Positions 36,772-47,374 of a DNA stretch of 64,000 nucleotides are shown one piece after another. The translations under genes were made by a program, and so were the position numbers. Positions within the stretch are counted from its first letter, which is position 1; each line of letters starts with the position of its first letter. The notes under the pieces were generated by a model that was not told where the DNA came from, ran no database searches, and was given only the letters and a program-made list of their open reading frames with translations. The stretch comes from Enoplolaimus lenunculus (taxonomy: Eukaryota), in contig JASANG010000957.1 in the NCBI GenBank assembly GCA_030248215.1, positions 248,001-312,000 of the forward strand, written 5' to 3'.

Positions 36772-39700
36772 GACTGATCAGAAACCGTTTTTTGTTGCAG
36801 TTTGGAGCACAAAACATTTCATATTGTTTACAGTCGCATTTACCAGACCTTCCAACGGAAAAGAACAATCAATTTTGACTCCAAATTCGATATATACGAC
36901 GGCACAATATAGTTCGTCAGCTACGCCTGAACGTACTGGTATGCTCACGACCGACGCCAAAATTTACGGGCGTTCAAAAAATTAAGACACAAAATAAATT
37001 ATATTTTAATTTTTAATTTGTACTTCAAAATCAATATTTTTAATTAATCAACAAAGACGGAAAGTTAGTTTTTTTCTGATTCAACAACAGTAAACTTTAA
37101 CACATTCTGAGTTGAGTTGATTCCGGGATAGTTAATTAATCAGAATGATTTGAATCAACTCAGAATTCTGAGTTCTGGTAATCCTAACTCAAACTCAGTG
37201 ATTTCAATCATTCTGAGTTAAAATCAACTCACTGAAATTTGCAGTGTGTTAGGCTTAGGTTTAGATAATAAGCTAAATTTATACGCTGAGGCTTTAGGCT
37301 TAGGAATATGCATATACTACTGTTACGAAGCTTAAGCATTAGATTATTATTAACTGAGGTTTAGGCTTATAGGTAAGAACTCATTCCTACGCTATGGGGC
37401 GTAGGCTTAGGTAATAAGCTCATTCTTTCGCGTACGTTTAAGGTTAAGCTTAGGAATATGTGTATACTACTGTTATGATCCAGTTCTAAACATTGCTTAG
37501 TGAAGTTGAACGTTCACTGCCTTAAGAATATTCCAAATTTAATTTTCAAATTCAAAATTATTAGTTGCATAAAAAGCTATTCTTCGAAGGCAAACTTCTG
37601 TGTTCTGTAAATATTAAACATTGGGATGATAAGACAATCAGAGATCCAAAGCTGTCCTGAGCGACATACGCATACGCATGTTTTGTGTTTTGTAAATTTT
37701 GCTGATGTTGAACTCGCGTTGTAATCACAGCCATATTTCTTATCTATTTCGCTAGAAAACACTACACTGTAAATTCGAATGAGTTGATTTTAATTCATAA
37801 TTAACTGAATGATCGAGTTTGAATTAGAACTTTCAGAACTCAAAATTCAGATTTGATTCAACTCATTCTGAAATCAACTAACTCGGAATCGTTCCAACTA
37901 TAGAGTGAGAATAACACTGTAAATTTCAGTGAGTTGGTTCTAACTCAGAATGAGTTAAATCACCCAGTCTAAAGTTAGGACTATCAGAACTCATAATTCT
38001 GAGTTGACTCAACTCATTCTGATTTAATTAATCAACTCCCCCGGAGTCAATTCAACTCACAGTGAAGATCAAGTCAACTCAGAATGAGTTAAAGTTTACT
38101 GTTATTAACTTCAAAATAAGTAACTTTCCATCTGAGATGATGAGTTAACTCACTGGAATTTACAGTGTAACTCAACTCAGAGTGAATTAATCGTTTACGA
38201 AATACTAATTCAGAAATAACTAATTCGCTAGTTGAGTTAATTAGTCAACTCATTGGAATTTATAAACCCACAGAACAGCACCCACAAACCACAAGATGAG
38301 TGATATTGACGGCATTTGAAAGTGTGACCAAAAAATACAAATCTGGTTTAAAACCAAACAATTTCTGGTTGCTGTTTAAGAAGGAAAGCTTCAAATTTTC
38401 TTAGCTGGCAAACACATCAAGACAAAAAGTGGTTGAATACCTCGGGCGCGAGTGTTGTTAATTCGAGCCAGGGGTTATGTGACCGGGGTTGGTAGGGGTT
38501 CAACTTATCAACGCATCAATCAACGGACTGATATGTCGTGGTATATGGGTGGTTTTGGAGGCGAAAAAAATGCGATGTCGTAATAATTTTGTGGCGGAAA
38601 TTTGGTACAAAACGTGGAAAAAATGTGATGGTGAAACTCGAATGCCAAACCCAGTTCAAGGGTACGGATACAAATAGCATGGTTGATGAACCGAATGACG
38701 ATACGTATTTGGTCAAAGGTTTACACGGCAATTTTGGTCCTAAACACTAAAATACTTCCGGCGCCAGGGAACAAACCCTCACGATGCTTTTAAACAAACC
38801 GGAAGACATTGAACCTAACGGAGAATTTTAGTTGAACCAGACGCGACTGGATTTTGTTAAGGTCGACCAGGTGTCTGATTGGCTATGCAACCACGAGGTG
38901 TGACCTTTTTGTGGCGTGGGAACTCGAGCCTTGGACAATACTTTAATCAGAAAAAATCAAGTATTCGAGTACGATCGTATATTTTTCTATCAGATACCGG
39001 TAACTTAAAATACGGTTTAGCCAAAAAATTACCGTTTCAGTAAAAGTTCGGTTTACAATCAGCTTACAAATTGCTGTGGGACAGGTGGTGCATAATGTAC
39101 CCGAGGCGCCGTAAGGTGTATGGTTATAACAATATTCAACGTGAGTCCGCCTTTTCGGCATCAATTCAACGTGCCTTTGCCCACAAATGGTCCGGCCCAT
39201 GTATAGAACAGGATCAGATCGTTTTCCTGCGTGGCTGTAATAGAGTCAGTTTAACTTTTAAACTAACACAGTCCTTAGGCTTCGGCTTAGGCTTAGGCTT
39301 AGACTTAGGAATAGGCTCATCCTTATGCTTATGCTTAGGCTTACGCTTAGAAATATGCTTATACTACTGTTCCGGCCCTGTCTATACGTGGGCCAATGGT
39401 CTGATATTCAAAAAGTTTGCATGGTTCGGTTCGTCACAGCAAAGCGTGGATGTTAAATTACAAGGCGAACGGACTAAACAAGCTCGAAACATACTGGAAC
39501 CGTTGATACGGTATTTAGCATATTTTGATATGGACGTATCAAAAATTTGAGTATCTTAGGTTCTTAATCTTAAAATATAAGTCTAGACATAACTGATTCG
39601 AAGACTTCACTGAGAATAATTTTTACTAATAGCATGAATTTATCGTACAGTATTTGGCAAAATACACAACTTGCCTGAAGCCTATAAAAGTTTTAGAACA

Positions 39701-42475
39701 AAAATGATTAACTCTGTTGTAATCTGTAATGTTATCAAAATATTTAATATTAAACAATTAATTTTCCTAACACAAGTTTTGGCGTTGGTTTTTAAGCTGT
39801 GCTTGTAGCTAAGGAAACCTATGCCGAGACGAAATGCAACAACAGCCATAATTTTGCACCCTCCCGAAAATTTACGATATTCCATTCGTGGACGTTTGGC
39901 CCCACCCTGACAGCTGCGTCGAAGCATCCGTAAATTTTTGGCTGTTGGCCAAAACGTTCGTGTAATTTTTTATTCCAAAATTGGTCTTTTCAAAAATTTA
40001 AAATTTTAAAATTGAACAATTAAAAACTTATTATTACTACCGAAATTGTCGGAACCACTGGCAAAAATTCTACCGGTACCGGGGCTGGAGGCCGATTTTC
40101 TGCCGGGGCCGGAGCCGGACCTCCGGTTGTACCCTGTATAGCTTAGCAACGTACTTTGCAAAAGTAGAGGTGGCGCTATACTTGTCGTGCGTCACAGTCC
40201 GTCGACGGCCGTCACAGTCCGGCGCCGTCCGTCACAGTCCGGCGCCGTCCGTCACAGTCCGGCGCCGTCCGTCACAGTCCGGCGCCGTCCGTCGCAGTCC
40301 GGCGCCGTCTGTCACTATCGGGTATCGCACGTGAGTAATTCACATATAATACCTACACGGTAAAGTAGGCGACGGACGACGCCGGACGTCATCAAAAGTA
40401 TAGCGCAACCCTTAGCTTACTTACCACGTTGAAATTGTGCAAAATGAACGCTTTCATCGTATTCTAAAATTCTAATATGGAATTTTTCAAAAAAATTTCT
40501 CAAATGAAAAATTGTTAAAAATCAATTTTTGTAATACTCCAGCTATACGATTTGTCAGCATGGCCCATATAAAGATCAGGGGCGGAACGTTTTTCTGTGG
40601 GACTGCAATAGACTAAGCGCTTTCGACAAACTTGTTGCTTGGCTTAGGCTCAGGATTTAGGCTTTGGCTTAGGAATACGCTCATTCTTACGCTTAGGCTT
40701 ACGCTTAGGCTTAGGCTTAGGCTTAGGCTTAGGCTTAGGCTTAGGCCTAGGCCTAGGCTTAGGCTTTAGGCTTTGGCTTAGGAATACGCTCATTCTTACG
40801 CTTAAGCTTAGGCTTAGGCTTAGGCTTAGGCTTAGGCTTAGGCCTAGGCCTAGGCTTAGGCTTTAGGCTTTGGCTTAGGAATACGCTCATTCTTACGCTT
40901 AAGCTTAGGCTTACGCTTAGGCTTAGGCTTAGGCTTAGGCTTAGGCTTAGGCTTAGGCTTAGGCTTAGGCTTACAAATGTGCTTATTATACTGTTTCTCC
41001 CTTGTTCTTTACATTGGCCGTCGGCATTATATTTGGAGCACAAAAGTTGCGCTTTACTGCGATTACAAAACGGGTCGTAAAATCACCACAACCCTCGCGA
41101 TACCGTAAGTTGGGTTTAAAACTGGCACCAACACACAACCGCACAGTTTGCGAATGTTTTGGCAACAAAAACTCAAAAAAAAACATTTTTACAAAACAAA
41201 ACATTTCTTTTCAATGTTTACGACCCTTAAGCATTGAAAACGAAAATATTCCAAAATGGCCGGGGGGGGGGGGTCAGAATAACTGAAAAAAATCTATAAA
41301 ACACCCGGGTTTGTACGGATTTTTTGCGTCAAAAATGGACCAAAATTCACGTTTGAGCCAGATTTTGTCATATTTTAGAATTTTTACGGATTTTGAATTG
41401 TGATTGGTCGATAATTGGCAAACAAAAACACTGGCTGTGGACACTAGCAGATACAAAGTGGGTGCGGGGGCGTACGCCCACCCTCATCCGAAATGTTTTT
41501 GTGATAAAATCGTAAAGGTCCTTTTGTTACTATTTTTGTCCTCAGAAAATTTGATGTAAAAAAAGATAAGATCCCTTATCGGCAGAAATATTTTGGGATA
41601 ATAAATGATAAGGACCCTACATTACAATTTTTGCGTTTCATAACATTTGTTACCCAGTCCCGACGTCCGAAATTCCTGGATCCGCCGCTGGAAGTTAAGA
41701 TTATCGCTCGTTTTCAGCGTATAAAACTTTCGCTCTCTGGTATTTCTCAAAAATTGTGTAAACTTTAAGAAATGGGAGGAATTTTCTGAAAATTAAGACA
41801 TTTATTGAACAATAAACAGCCTGCTTAATTTGTGTCTTGCCGTCCCACAAACGGATATGTGATCTCTTACCTTCCACGGATTTTGAAATGTTGCATAATC
41901 ATCAGGCCATTGGAACGTTGTTCATTGGTTGGCGATTCTGAATTGTGACAACGAATGAGCGTTCGCGATTCAGAACAACTGTTATCTTCGTTGGATGATG
42001 TGCTGATTCGATACTGTGCGAGTAGATTTAGCCAATCGGAAAGCGTGATATAATTCGATGTCGATAAAGATGATGCGTCTTCGAGTGCTATTGGCTGATT
42101 ATCGCCAGGAGGAACAGGATTGTGAACGATGATTGGCTGAGTGTCGGTAGACGTCTTGAATCCGTTGTGATCGCTGTTTTGTGTCTTGATAACTGAAGAA
42201 ACGTTGTTTCGCACGTTTATTGTTTCTTCAATAAGCGGACAAAACTCGCTCTGTTCGCTGATTGGTTGTTTTTTATCCGAACAACGCTCGATATGCTCGT
42301 TGATTGGTTGTTTTCTAAGCAAAGTAAATTGCTCTTCCTTGATGATTGGTTGCTTAATCTGTGAAGAAAAGCCAAGTGACAAAGACTCGTTATAATCACT
42401 GATCGACGGGTTTCGTTGCGAAGCTCTGGTAATTATCCGTGGCCGAATGGTTACTTTCGACGAAGGCGGTTCGCC
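22169..42475 (-). CDS. Slip1: PDZRN3/PDZRN4/PDZD4 (LNX3-5; Drosophila Slip1)-family PDZ scaffold, 5' incomplete; complement(join(22169..22477,24458..24598,24871..26927,28215..28503,30786..30893,31472..31534,32392..32490,32847..33060,41871..42475?))
   Basis: Family hallmarks: PDZ domain (RLGLTLCY..IFISD|VESQSIAEKNGRILTGDQILQ|INGVDV..AIELL), ERDSGISR motif, [53 protein letters not shown] and C-terminal LSVTTV. GT-AG introns with consistent phases. The 41871-42475 exon is tentative. Confidence 0.88.
24458..24598 (-). CDS. Slip1: PDZRN/Slip1-like exon (conserved LNX3-homology region)
   Basis: [59 protein letters not shown]; 141 nt. Confidence 0.93.
24871..26927 (-). CDS. Slip1: PDZRN/Slip1-like large low-complexity exon (poly-T, poly-Q/H)
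   Basis: TTTTTAG|(D)EKWLMRSESES...SSAYHTAGDSS...HMQWK|GTAAAA; 2057 nt inside ORF 24820..27075; phases match both neighbours. Confidence 0.85.
27788..27985. mobile_element. TTAGGC-cargo MITE, subfamily A
   Basis: TIRs GGCCCATGTAAAGATCAGGGGCGGAAC...GTTCCGCCCCTGTTCTTTACATTG. Confidence 0.8.
28215..28503 (-). CDS. Slip1: PDZRN/Slip1-like exon (ERDSG motif)
   Basis: TTTTCAG|ARLPTERQMSP...HERDSGISRATGDESD...EVDP+G|GTAAGC. Confidence 0.85.
29057..29213. mobile_element. TTAGGC-cargo MITE, subfamily A
   Basis: Perfect TSD GAGGTATG. Confidence 0.88.
30051..30114. repeat. Near-perfect 64-nt palindrome
   Basis: 31-bp arms with one mismatch around a 2-nt centre. Confidence 0.85.
30465..30685. mobile_element. 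GCCCGTATTCTCAAATG-TIR MITE
   Basis: GCCCGTATTCTCAGATG...CATATATGAGAATACGGGC; relatives near 5860, 12418-12880, 19391-19772 and 63275-63703. Confidence 0.7.
30786..30893 (-). CDS. Slip1: PDZ domain exon 3 of 3
   Basis: TTTTTAG|INGVDVHTRSQAIELLKATAQPRVSLLLARESCVDQ|GTTTGG. Confidence 0.88.
30882..31229. repeat. 70-bp tandem repeat, about 5 copies, containing a splice acceptor
   Basis: CACTCCGTTAATCTAAAAATAAG... recurs at 30882, 30952, 31022, 31092 and 31162. Confidence 0.92.
31472..31534 (-). CDS. Slip1: PDZ domain exon 2 of 3
   Basis: TTTTCAG|VESQSIAEKNGRILTGDQILQ|GTAAAT. Confidence 0.9.
32308..32434. repeat. 56-bp tandem duplication containing an exon end and splice donor
   Basis: CAGGTGACG recurs at 32312, 32368 and 32424. 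Confidence 0.88.
32392..32490 (-). CDS. Slip1: PDZ domain exon 1 of 3
   Basis: TTTTAG|EVILERSDTSNRLGLTLCYTSPENDDTDIFISD|GTAAGT. Confidence 0.9.
32847..33060 (-). CDS. Slip1: PDZRN/Slip1-like exon preceding the PDZ domain
   Basis: Ends ...SCFQYE|GTATGG in frame with EVIL. Acceptor is either TTTTTGTAG at 33061 (phase 2) or TTATAG at 33108 (phase 0). Confidence 0.65.
34083..34281. mobile_element. TTAGGC-cargo MITE, subfamily B
   Basis: TIRs GCCCATGTATAGAACAGGGCCGGA...TCCGGCCATGTTCTATATACATGGGCC. Confidence 0.8.
34364..34726. mobile_element. Tourist-like MITE with an alternating 30/33-bp GC-rich minisatellite
   Basis: TAA|AGGTTGCGCTATAG...GTATAGCGCAACCC|TAA. Confidence 0.78.
35389..35581. mobile_element. 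TTAGGC-cargo MITE, subfamily B
   Basis: TSD AGAGGTTC/AGATGTTC. Confidence 0.8.
36078..36235. mobile_element. TTAGGC-cargo MITE, subfamily A
   Basis: TSD TTAAAAAT/TTAAAATT. Confidence 0.8.
36726..36771. repeat. (AAT)n microsatellite
   Basis: About 15 perfect AAT units. Confidence 0.9.
37785..38260. mobile_element. Self-nested CACTG/GAGTTGA MITEs
   Basis: An inner CACTGTAAATTTCAGTG...AATTTACAGTG copy (~37915-38167) interrupts an outer copy of the same family. Confidence 0.65.
39194..39394. mobile_element. TTAGGC-cargo MITE, subfamily B
   Basis: TSD AATGGTCC/AATGGTCT. Confidence 0.82.
40168..40411. mobile_element. Tourist-like MITE with a 20-bp minisatellite
   Basis: AGGTGGCGCTATAC...GTATAGCGCAACCC|TTA; unit GTCACAGTCCGGCGCCGTCC. 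Confidence 0.75.
40562..41019. mobile_element. TTAGGC-cargo MITE, subfamily A, with long near-pure (TTAGGC)n tracts
   Basis: TSD GTCAGCAT/GTCGGCAT; uninterrupted TTAGGC runs, e.g. ~40916-40970. Confidence 0.88.
41871..42475 (-). CDS. Putative upstream exon of the PDZRN/Slip1-like gene (QPI-repeat-containing)
   Basis: TTTTAG|GEPPSSKVTIRPR...KIRG+AG|GTAAGA; 605-nt open frame of non-transposon sequence; its phase-2 end fits the 33060 acceptor. No recognisable homology. Confidence 0.5.
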
Positions 42476-42558
42476 CTAAAATCAGGTGTTAAAACCGTTT
42501 AACCCTTTCTCACATAGTGTATACTATACAATCAACTATTTAGCGCAAGCTGTATACC

Positions 42559-42915
42559 CAGCGGCGGATCCAGGAATTTCAGATCGGGGGCAGGGTGGCA
42601 ATTGTTGTGGAACGCAAAAATTGTAAGGTAGGGACCTCATCATTTTATCATCAAAAAATTTGCTGAGGTGGAAAAATTGTAACGTACGGAACTTATCGCT
42701 TTATCACAAAAAATTTCTGAGGGAAAAATTGGGGACGTTATCTTGTTTACAAAAAAATTTGTGAGTGGACAATTGTAAGGTAGGCTGGGACCTTATTTAC
42801 TTTATCATCACAAAGTTTCCTGAGGTGGAAAAATTGTAAGGTAGGAGACCTTACCATTCTATCACAAAAAATTTCTGATAGGGGGTGCACGCCCCCTCCC
42901 CCGGATCTGTTAGTG
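42559..42915. mobile_element. hAT-like MITE (CAGCGGCGGATCC TIR)
   Basis: Perfect 8-bp TSD TGTATACC; CAG terminus; relatives at ~41460-41690, ~46270-46550 and 50172-50357. Confidence 0.78.
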
Positions 42916-43511
42916 TGTATACCTACACGAAATAGATACAAAACGCTGTATGTCTAACAATTAATACGGGTATGCAAAGTGTAAAATCTCCACAAGACAT
43001 CATAACTTCTCAGACTCCATTATCAAGCTCCTATAGCTAAGTGGTGATTGCAAACGCATCCCGCGCGACAGTCGGAGTTCGAAACTTAGTTTGAAACTTA
43101 GTAAAATAAATTTTCATTATTTGAATTCAATAGAGACTCATGATAGTTCATGAATTCATGGGTATCATGGTTCAAGTAGTCCACATAAATAGAAATAACG
43201 ACTGAAACTAATAACCGAAACTGGAACAGCACGTGGGTAGTAGAAGATCGGCATCCGGCTCCGGTTTCGCGAGTCATAAACGGTACCGGATACTGGTATT
43301 ATAATTGTATTTTCATTGTGTCCACCATTGCAACGCCATGGGAGGGCAGCAAAGAGTGCTTTAACAGAGAATTGTATTAATAATTGATAGCCCTTGTTAT
43401 GGGAGCGCTATACTTTTGATGACGTCCAGCGCCGTCCGTCATCTGTAAGGCGCCTTCCGTCACCATGCAGTATGGGATGCGAGTATACAATTCGCGTACG
43501 ATACCTCACCG

Positions 43512-43725
43512 GGCCCATGTAAAGATCAGGGGCAGAACGTTTTCCTGTGGGACTAGAAAAGCGTAAGCTTAAGCTTTAGACTAATTTTTTGGTTGACTTA
43601 GGCTTACTCTTAGGCTTAGGCTTAGGAATATGCTCATTCTTACGCTTAGGCTTTACGCTTAGGCTTAGCGTTAAGCTTAGTAATATGCTTATAATACTTT
43701 TCCGCCCCTGTTCTTTATATTGGCC
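43512..43725. mobile_element. TTAGGC-cargo MITE, subfamily A
   Basis: Perfect TSD CCTCACCG. Confidence 0.9.
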
Positions 43726-43849
43726 CCTCACCGTTGGCGTGCAGTGTTTTCACTGGGCCATAACGGGCGGCTATGAAAAATTGCCTATTTATATTAAATG
43801 CTGTAAAATGACATGTATCAATTTTTTTCGAATCACTTCAATACTTTTG

Positions 43850-44156
43850 CACTGCCAAAAAATGGTGAGTCAAATTGAGTTTCTCTGAAATAGCCTCTAC
43901 CAGACTACAGAAAGTGAGTTAAATTGAGTCTCCGAGAAATAAGCTCTACGGGATTACACAAAGTGTGTACAAATTGAGTCTCTTCGAAATAGGCTCTACG
44001 GGATTGCACAACGTGAGGCAAATTCAACTCCGCCAGAGAAACGTGCGACTCAGTGAGTCGAATTTGACTGTATCGAAATGTAATTTGATTCAGTTTGTGT
44101 AGTCCCGTAAAACCTATCCTGGAGAGAGGGAAATTGACTCACCATTTTTTGCACTG
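43850..44156. mobile_element. CACTGCAAAAAATGGTGAGTC-TIR MITE (CACTA-like), 2-bp TSD
   Basis: TG|CACTGCCAAAAATGGTGAGTC...GACTCACCATTTTTTGCACTG|TG; relatives at 20645-20852, ~56163-56380, 57799-58010 (TT flanks), 60126-60289 and ~18557-18680. Confidence 0.75.
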
Positions 44157-45809
44157 TGAAAGGTATGCATCTGTATACTCCCTGGGTGAAACAACTTGTA
44201 TTCGACCCTTGGTTAAAGCTTTTTATGTTTACAAAATGTATCCTGAGTAAACCTGAATATGGAAACATGATTGAAAAGTTAGGAAATTGAGAAAATAAAC
44301 AAATAAACAAACAAACAAACAAACAAAAACATTTTCATGATTGTAACAACAACAACAACACTTGAAAGCAGCGTGTGAAATTAGCCGTATGTCAATAAAC
44401 AGATTCAACAAGTTTCGGCTCTTTCCATGTACGGTCGGTTAGGTACAAAGAGCGTCAGCACCATAGCCGTCCGCAGAAAATTATATTTGGAAGAGGGACA
44501 CTGAATAATTTCGGTAACCCCCTTACAATGAGCGGTGCTTAGAACGCTTTGAAGGAACCTTTGCCATATAATACTAGACTATCGGTTGTGTATCCACGGG
44601 CATCCGCAGAAAATTATATTTGGGGGCAGAGAATAATTTTGGGAGCCCCGTACAATTGCAACTCAAGATTGTTCACTTTTAGACCGAGTGTATTTGGGGG
44701 GCACAAACCGAATTCGAGGCGACACGGCCCCCAATTGGCCCGTAAGGACGCCCGTAGTCAACAATGAAGTTCGCAGGCTGAGACGTACACTTGGGGAGCA
44801 TAGGAGGAATAAACCAATTTTCAAAATTTTTGAAGACAATAGAACCTACGTTTATCAGGTACCATTATTTGGATTTGGAGGTCAACAATGCGTTCTCGCT
44901 GGTTCGAAAAAAATGTTTACAAAGGAGTATGCACTCCGGTAACGAAATTGTGGATGGCTTCAGGTCCCTGGTATTAGTCGAATTGGGCGATCTGGTTAGA
45001 TACCCTAAAATTCAGATAAGAACCTATAGAGATTAATTTACTCAACATCTAAAATTCGAATCCAACGGCAGTGTCTTGATTTTTAGTTCGACTGATGTTT
45101 TGTTTCCAAAATGTAGTGCATATATATTAATATTACTGTGGGTCATCGTAGGGCTGTACGCTACCCGCGGATCAACGCCGGACGGGTCAGAAAAATTTGA
45201 TATGGGTATACCAGCGGTTAGAGAACTTGAAACAGCGTGGCAACAAAGGTTCGGATTTGGATTCGGCAAAAAATTGGGGTTCAGATTCGGATTCGGTTGT
45301 GAAAAAGCCGAATCCAACAGTGTTCGGCAATATGTTTTTCAGTTTTAAACAATAAAAATTTTAAATCACTTGTTATATTAATAAAAAAATTTGTTTCAGG
45401 TCACAAATTTCAAAACTGAGGTCGGACACGAAATATATTAACGTTTAAAAGTTATGCGGCTGGCATAGCGTTGATATTCTGAAACAAATTATAGATATAG
45501 CTGAAATTTGCAACATGCAAGATTCGGATTCGAATTCGGCCAAATCGTGGGTTCGGTGATACCCTGCTTCAAACTGCAGGTAAAACCTTGTTACTGTTGT
45601 CTTTATAAACTGTTTTACCGTATGAATGAAAAATAAGCATCGAGTAACATCAATGAACTGTAATATTACACAATTGCGTTGAACCCAGACGAAAAAGTAT
45701 CGGAGGGTTAACACGAATGACGGTAAACTAATTTTGCACGTGTAAAGGCGTGTAACAGGTAAAGAAGTTTGTGCGGGTATACCCACGGGTGAAAAACAAA
45801 GGCCAATTA

Positions 45810-46077
45810 GGCCCATGTATAGAACAGAGAAAAGTAGTATTAGCATATTCCTAAGCTTAAGCCTAAACCTAAGCCTAAGCGCATTAAGTGTAAGGATGTG
45901 CCTATTACTAAGCCTAAGCCTAAGCTTAAGCCTAAGCGTAAGCCTAAGCAAAAAAAGTTTGTCTAAAGCTTAAACGGTCGCAGTACAACCGCAGAGCAAA
46001 AAAATTAGTCTAAAGCTTAAACTGACTCTATTATAGCTCCTTCGGAAAACGATCCGGCCCTGTTCTATAAATAGGCC
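45810..46077. mobile_element. TTAGGC-cargo MITE, subfamily B
   Basis: GGCCCATGTATAGAACAG...CTGTTCTATAAATAGGCC with a small internal duplication. Confidence 0.75.
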
Positions 46078-47224
46078 GATGTGATGATAGAAATTTTCAA
46101 ATAGCGACAAGTCGGACATTTAGAAAACCATACAGAAACTAAAATTGTGACCTTTAATAACGCAATTAAGGCTGCCGCGAACTACTGAGCCACAAAGAAA
46201 ACTATACGCACGACAAGAATCAAATTTCATGTTTTTTTTCTCAATCTTCGTGATAAGCAACAAACAAGCAGAGACGGATCAAAAAAATTTCTGGCGTGGG
46301 AGGGGGTGGGCTGGCAAATGTTATGAAATACAAAAATTGTAAAGGTAGCGACCTTATCATTTTATCATCAAAAAATTTTGTTACACAAAAAACTGTAAGG
46401 TTTTATCACAAAAACGATTTCTGAGGGTAAAAATTGTATTTTTTATAAAAATTCTGAGGGTGACATTGAAAGGTAGGGACCATACCATTATTTAACGAAA
46501 AAATGTGATGGGGGCGTACGGTTCCCGTACAGCCCTTCTCTGGATCCGCTAGCGCAAACAAACGGGATGTCACCCAGGGGGTACTACAATGTCAGTAATT
46601 GATATCAAGAAGGTAGTAAGAAATAACAAATCTGCTTACCCAAACAGTAACTAAGGCAACCACGCCAATACCCCGATTTGAACGCCCCCACCCCAAAGAG
46701 AGACCCCCACCCTAACAATTTTTAAACAAAAAATATTTGAAAAATATTTTGACCGTAGCAAAGGCCCCCCTCCCTGGAAATTTCCGGACGCCCACCCCTA
46801 GCTTGCTTCGATACCGATAGTAGCAGTGACGGTGTTACATGATATTTGTTTCAGTTCAGTAGAGGTAAGAAAACTTTAAAAATGCACGCTCAAGTTACAA
46901 AAATATAAAGGCTCAAATCCTAATAACACAGCCCCCTCCCGAAAATCCCAGGGCCGCCAGCTTAGATGGTTGAATAAATTCACACTTGAGTAGGTGTACC
47001 CCGTCTCCCTGACCGTTTCAGGGGCTGCTTGTTAAACTTGCAGTAGCCGGTGTTGGCACCGCCTGAGATTAGGGGGTTGAATAGATTCATACGCGGACAG
47101 ATGAGCCTCGTCTTCGTGACTCCTTGAAGGGCTGCTTGTTAATAATTTGATTATGGGTGAATATTAAAATTTTTAGCCAGGAGCGAGATACGCATTGGCT
47201 GTATTTGGTACACATCGCTACGGC

Positions 47225-47374
47225 GGTCCATGTTTCTTTAAGGGGTGTCCCGGTTTCTGGTGGATCTATAAAAGAGTCGGTTTAGATTCTAAATTACATT
47301 TTTTAGCTTAGGCGTAGGCTTAGACTTACGAACACGCTTAATCTACTGTTACGACCCTTAAAGTAACATTGGCC
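47225..47374. mobile_element. TTAGGC-cargo MITE, subfamily C
   Basis: TIRs present; TSD GCTACGGC/GCTGTGGC. Confidence 0.75.

Noticed and set aside
38270..38940. Nested gene in the PDZ-gene intron
   Set aside because: Only short ORFs with stops in all frames and no recognisable motif or splice chain.
40640..40975. True telomere or chromosome-breakage/telomere-addition site
   Set aside because: The tracts are short, occur in both orientations across the window, are enclosed by TIRs and TSDs, and have ordinary sequence on both sides. Programmed DNA elimination cannot be shown from this sequence.
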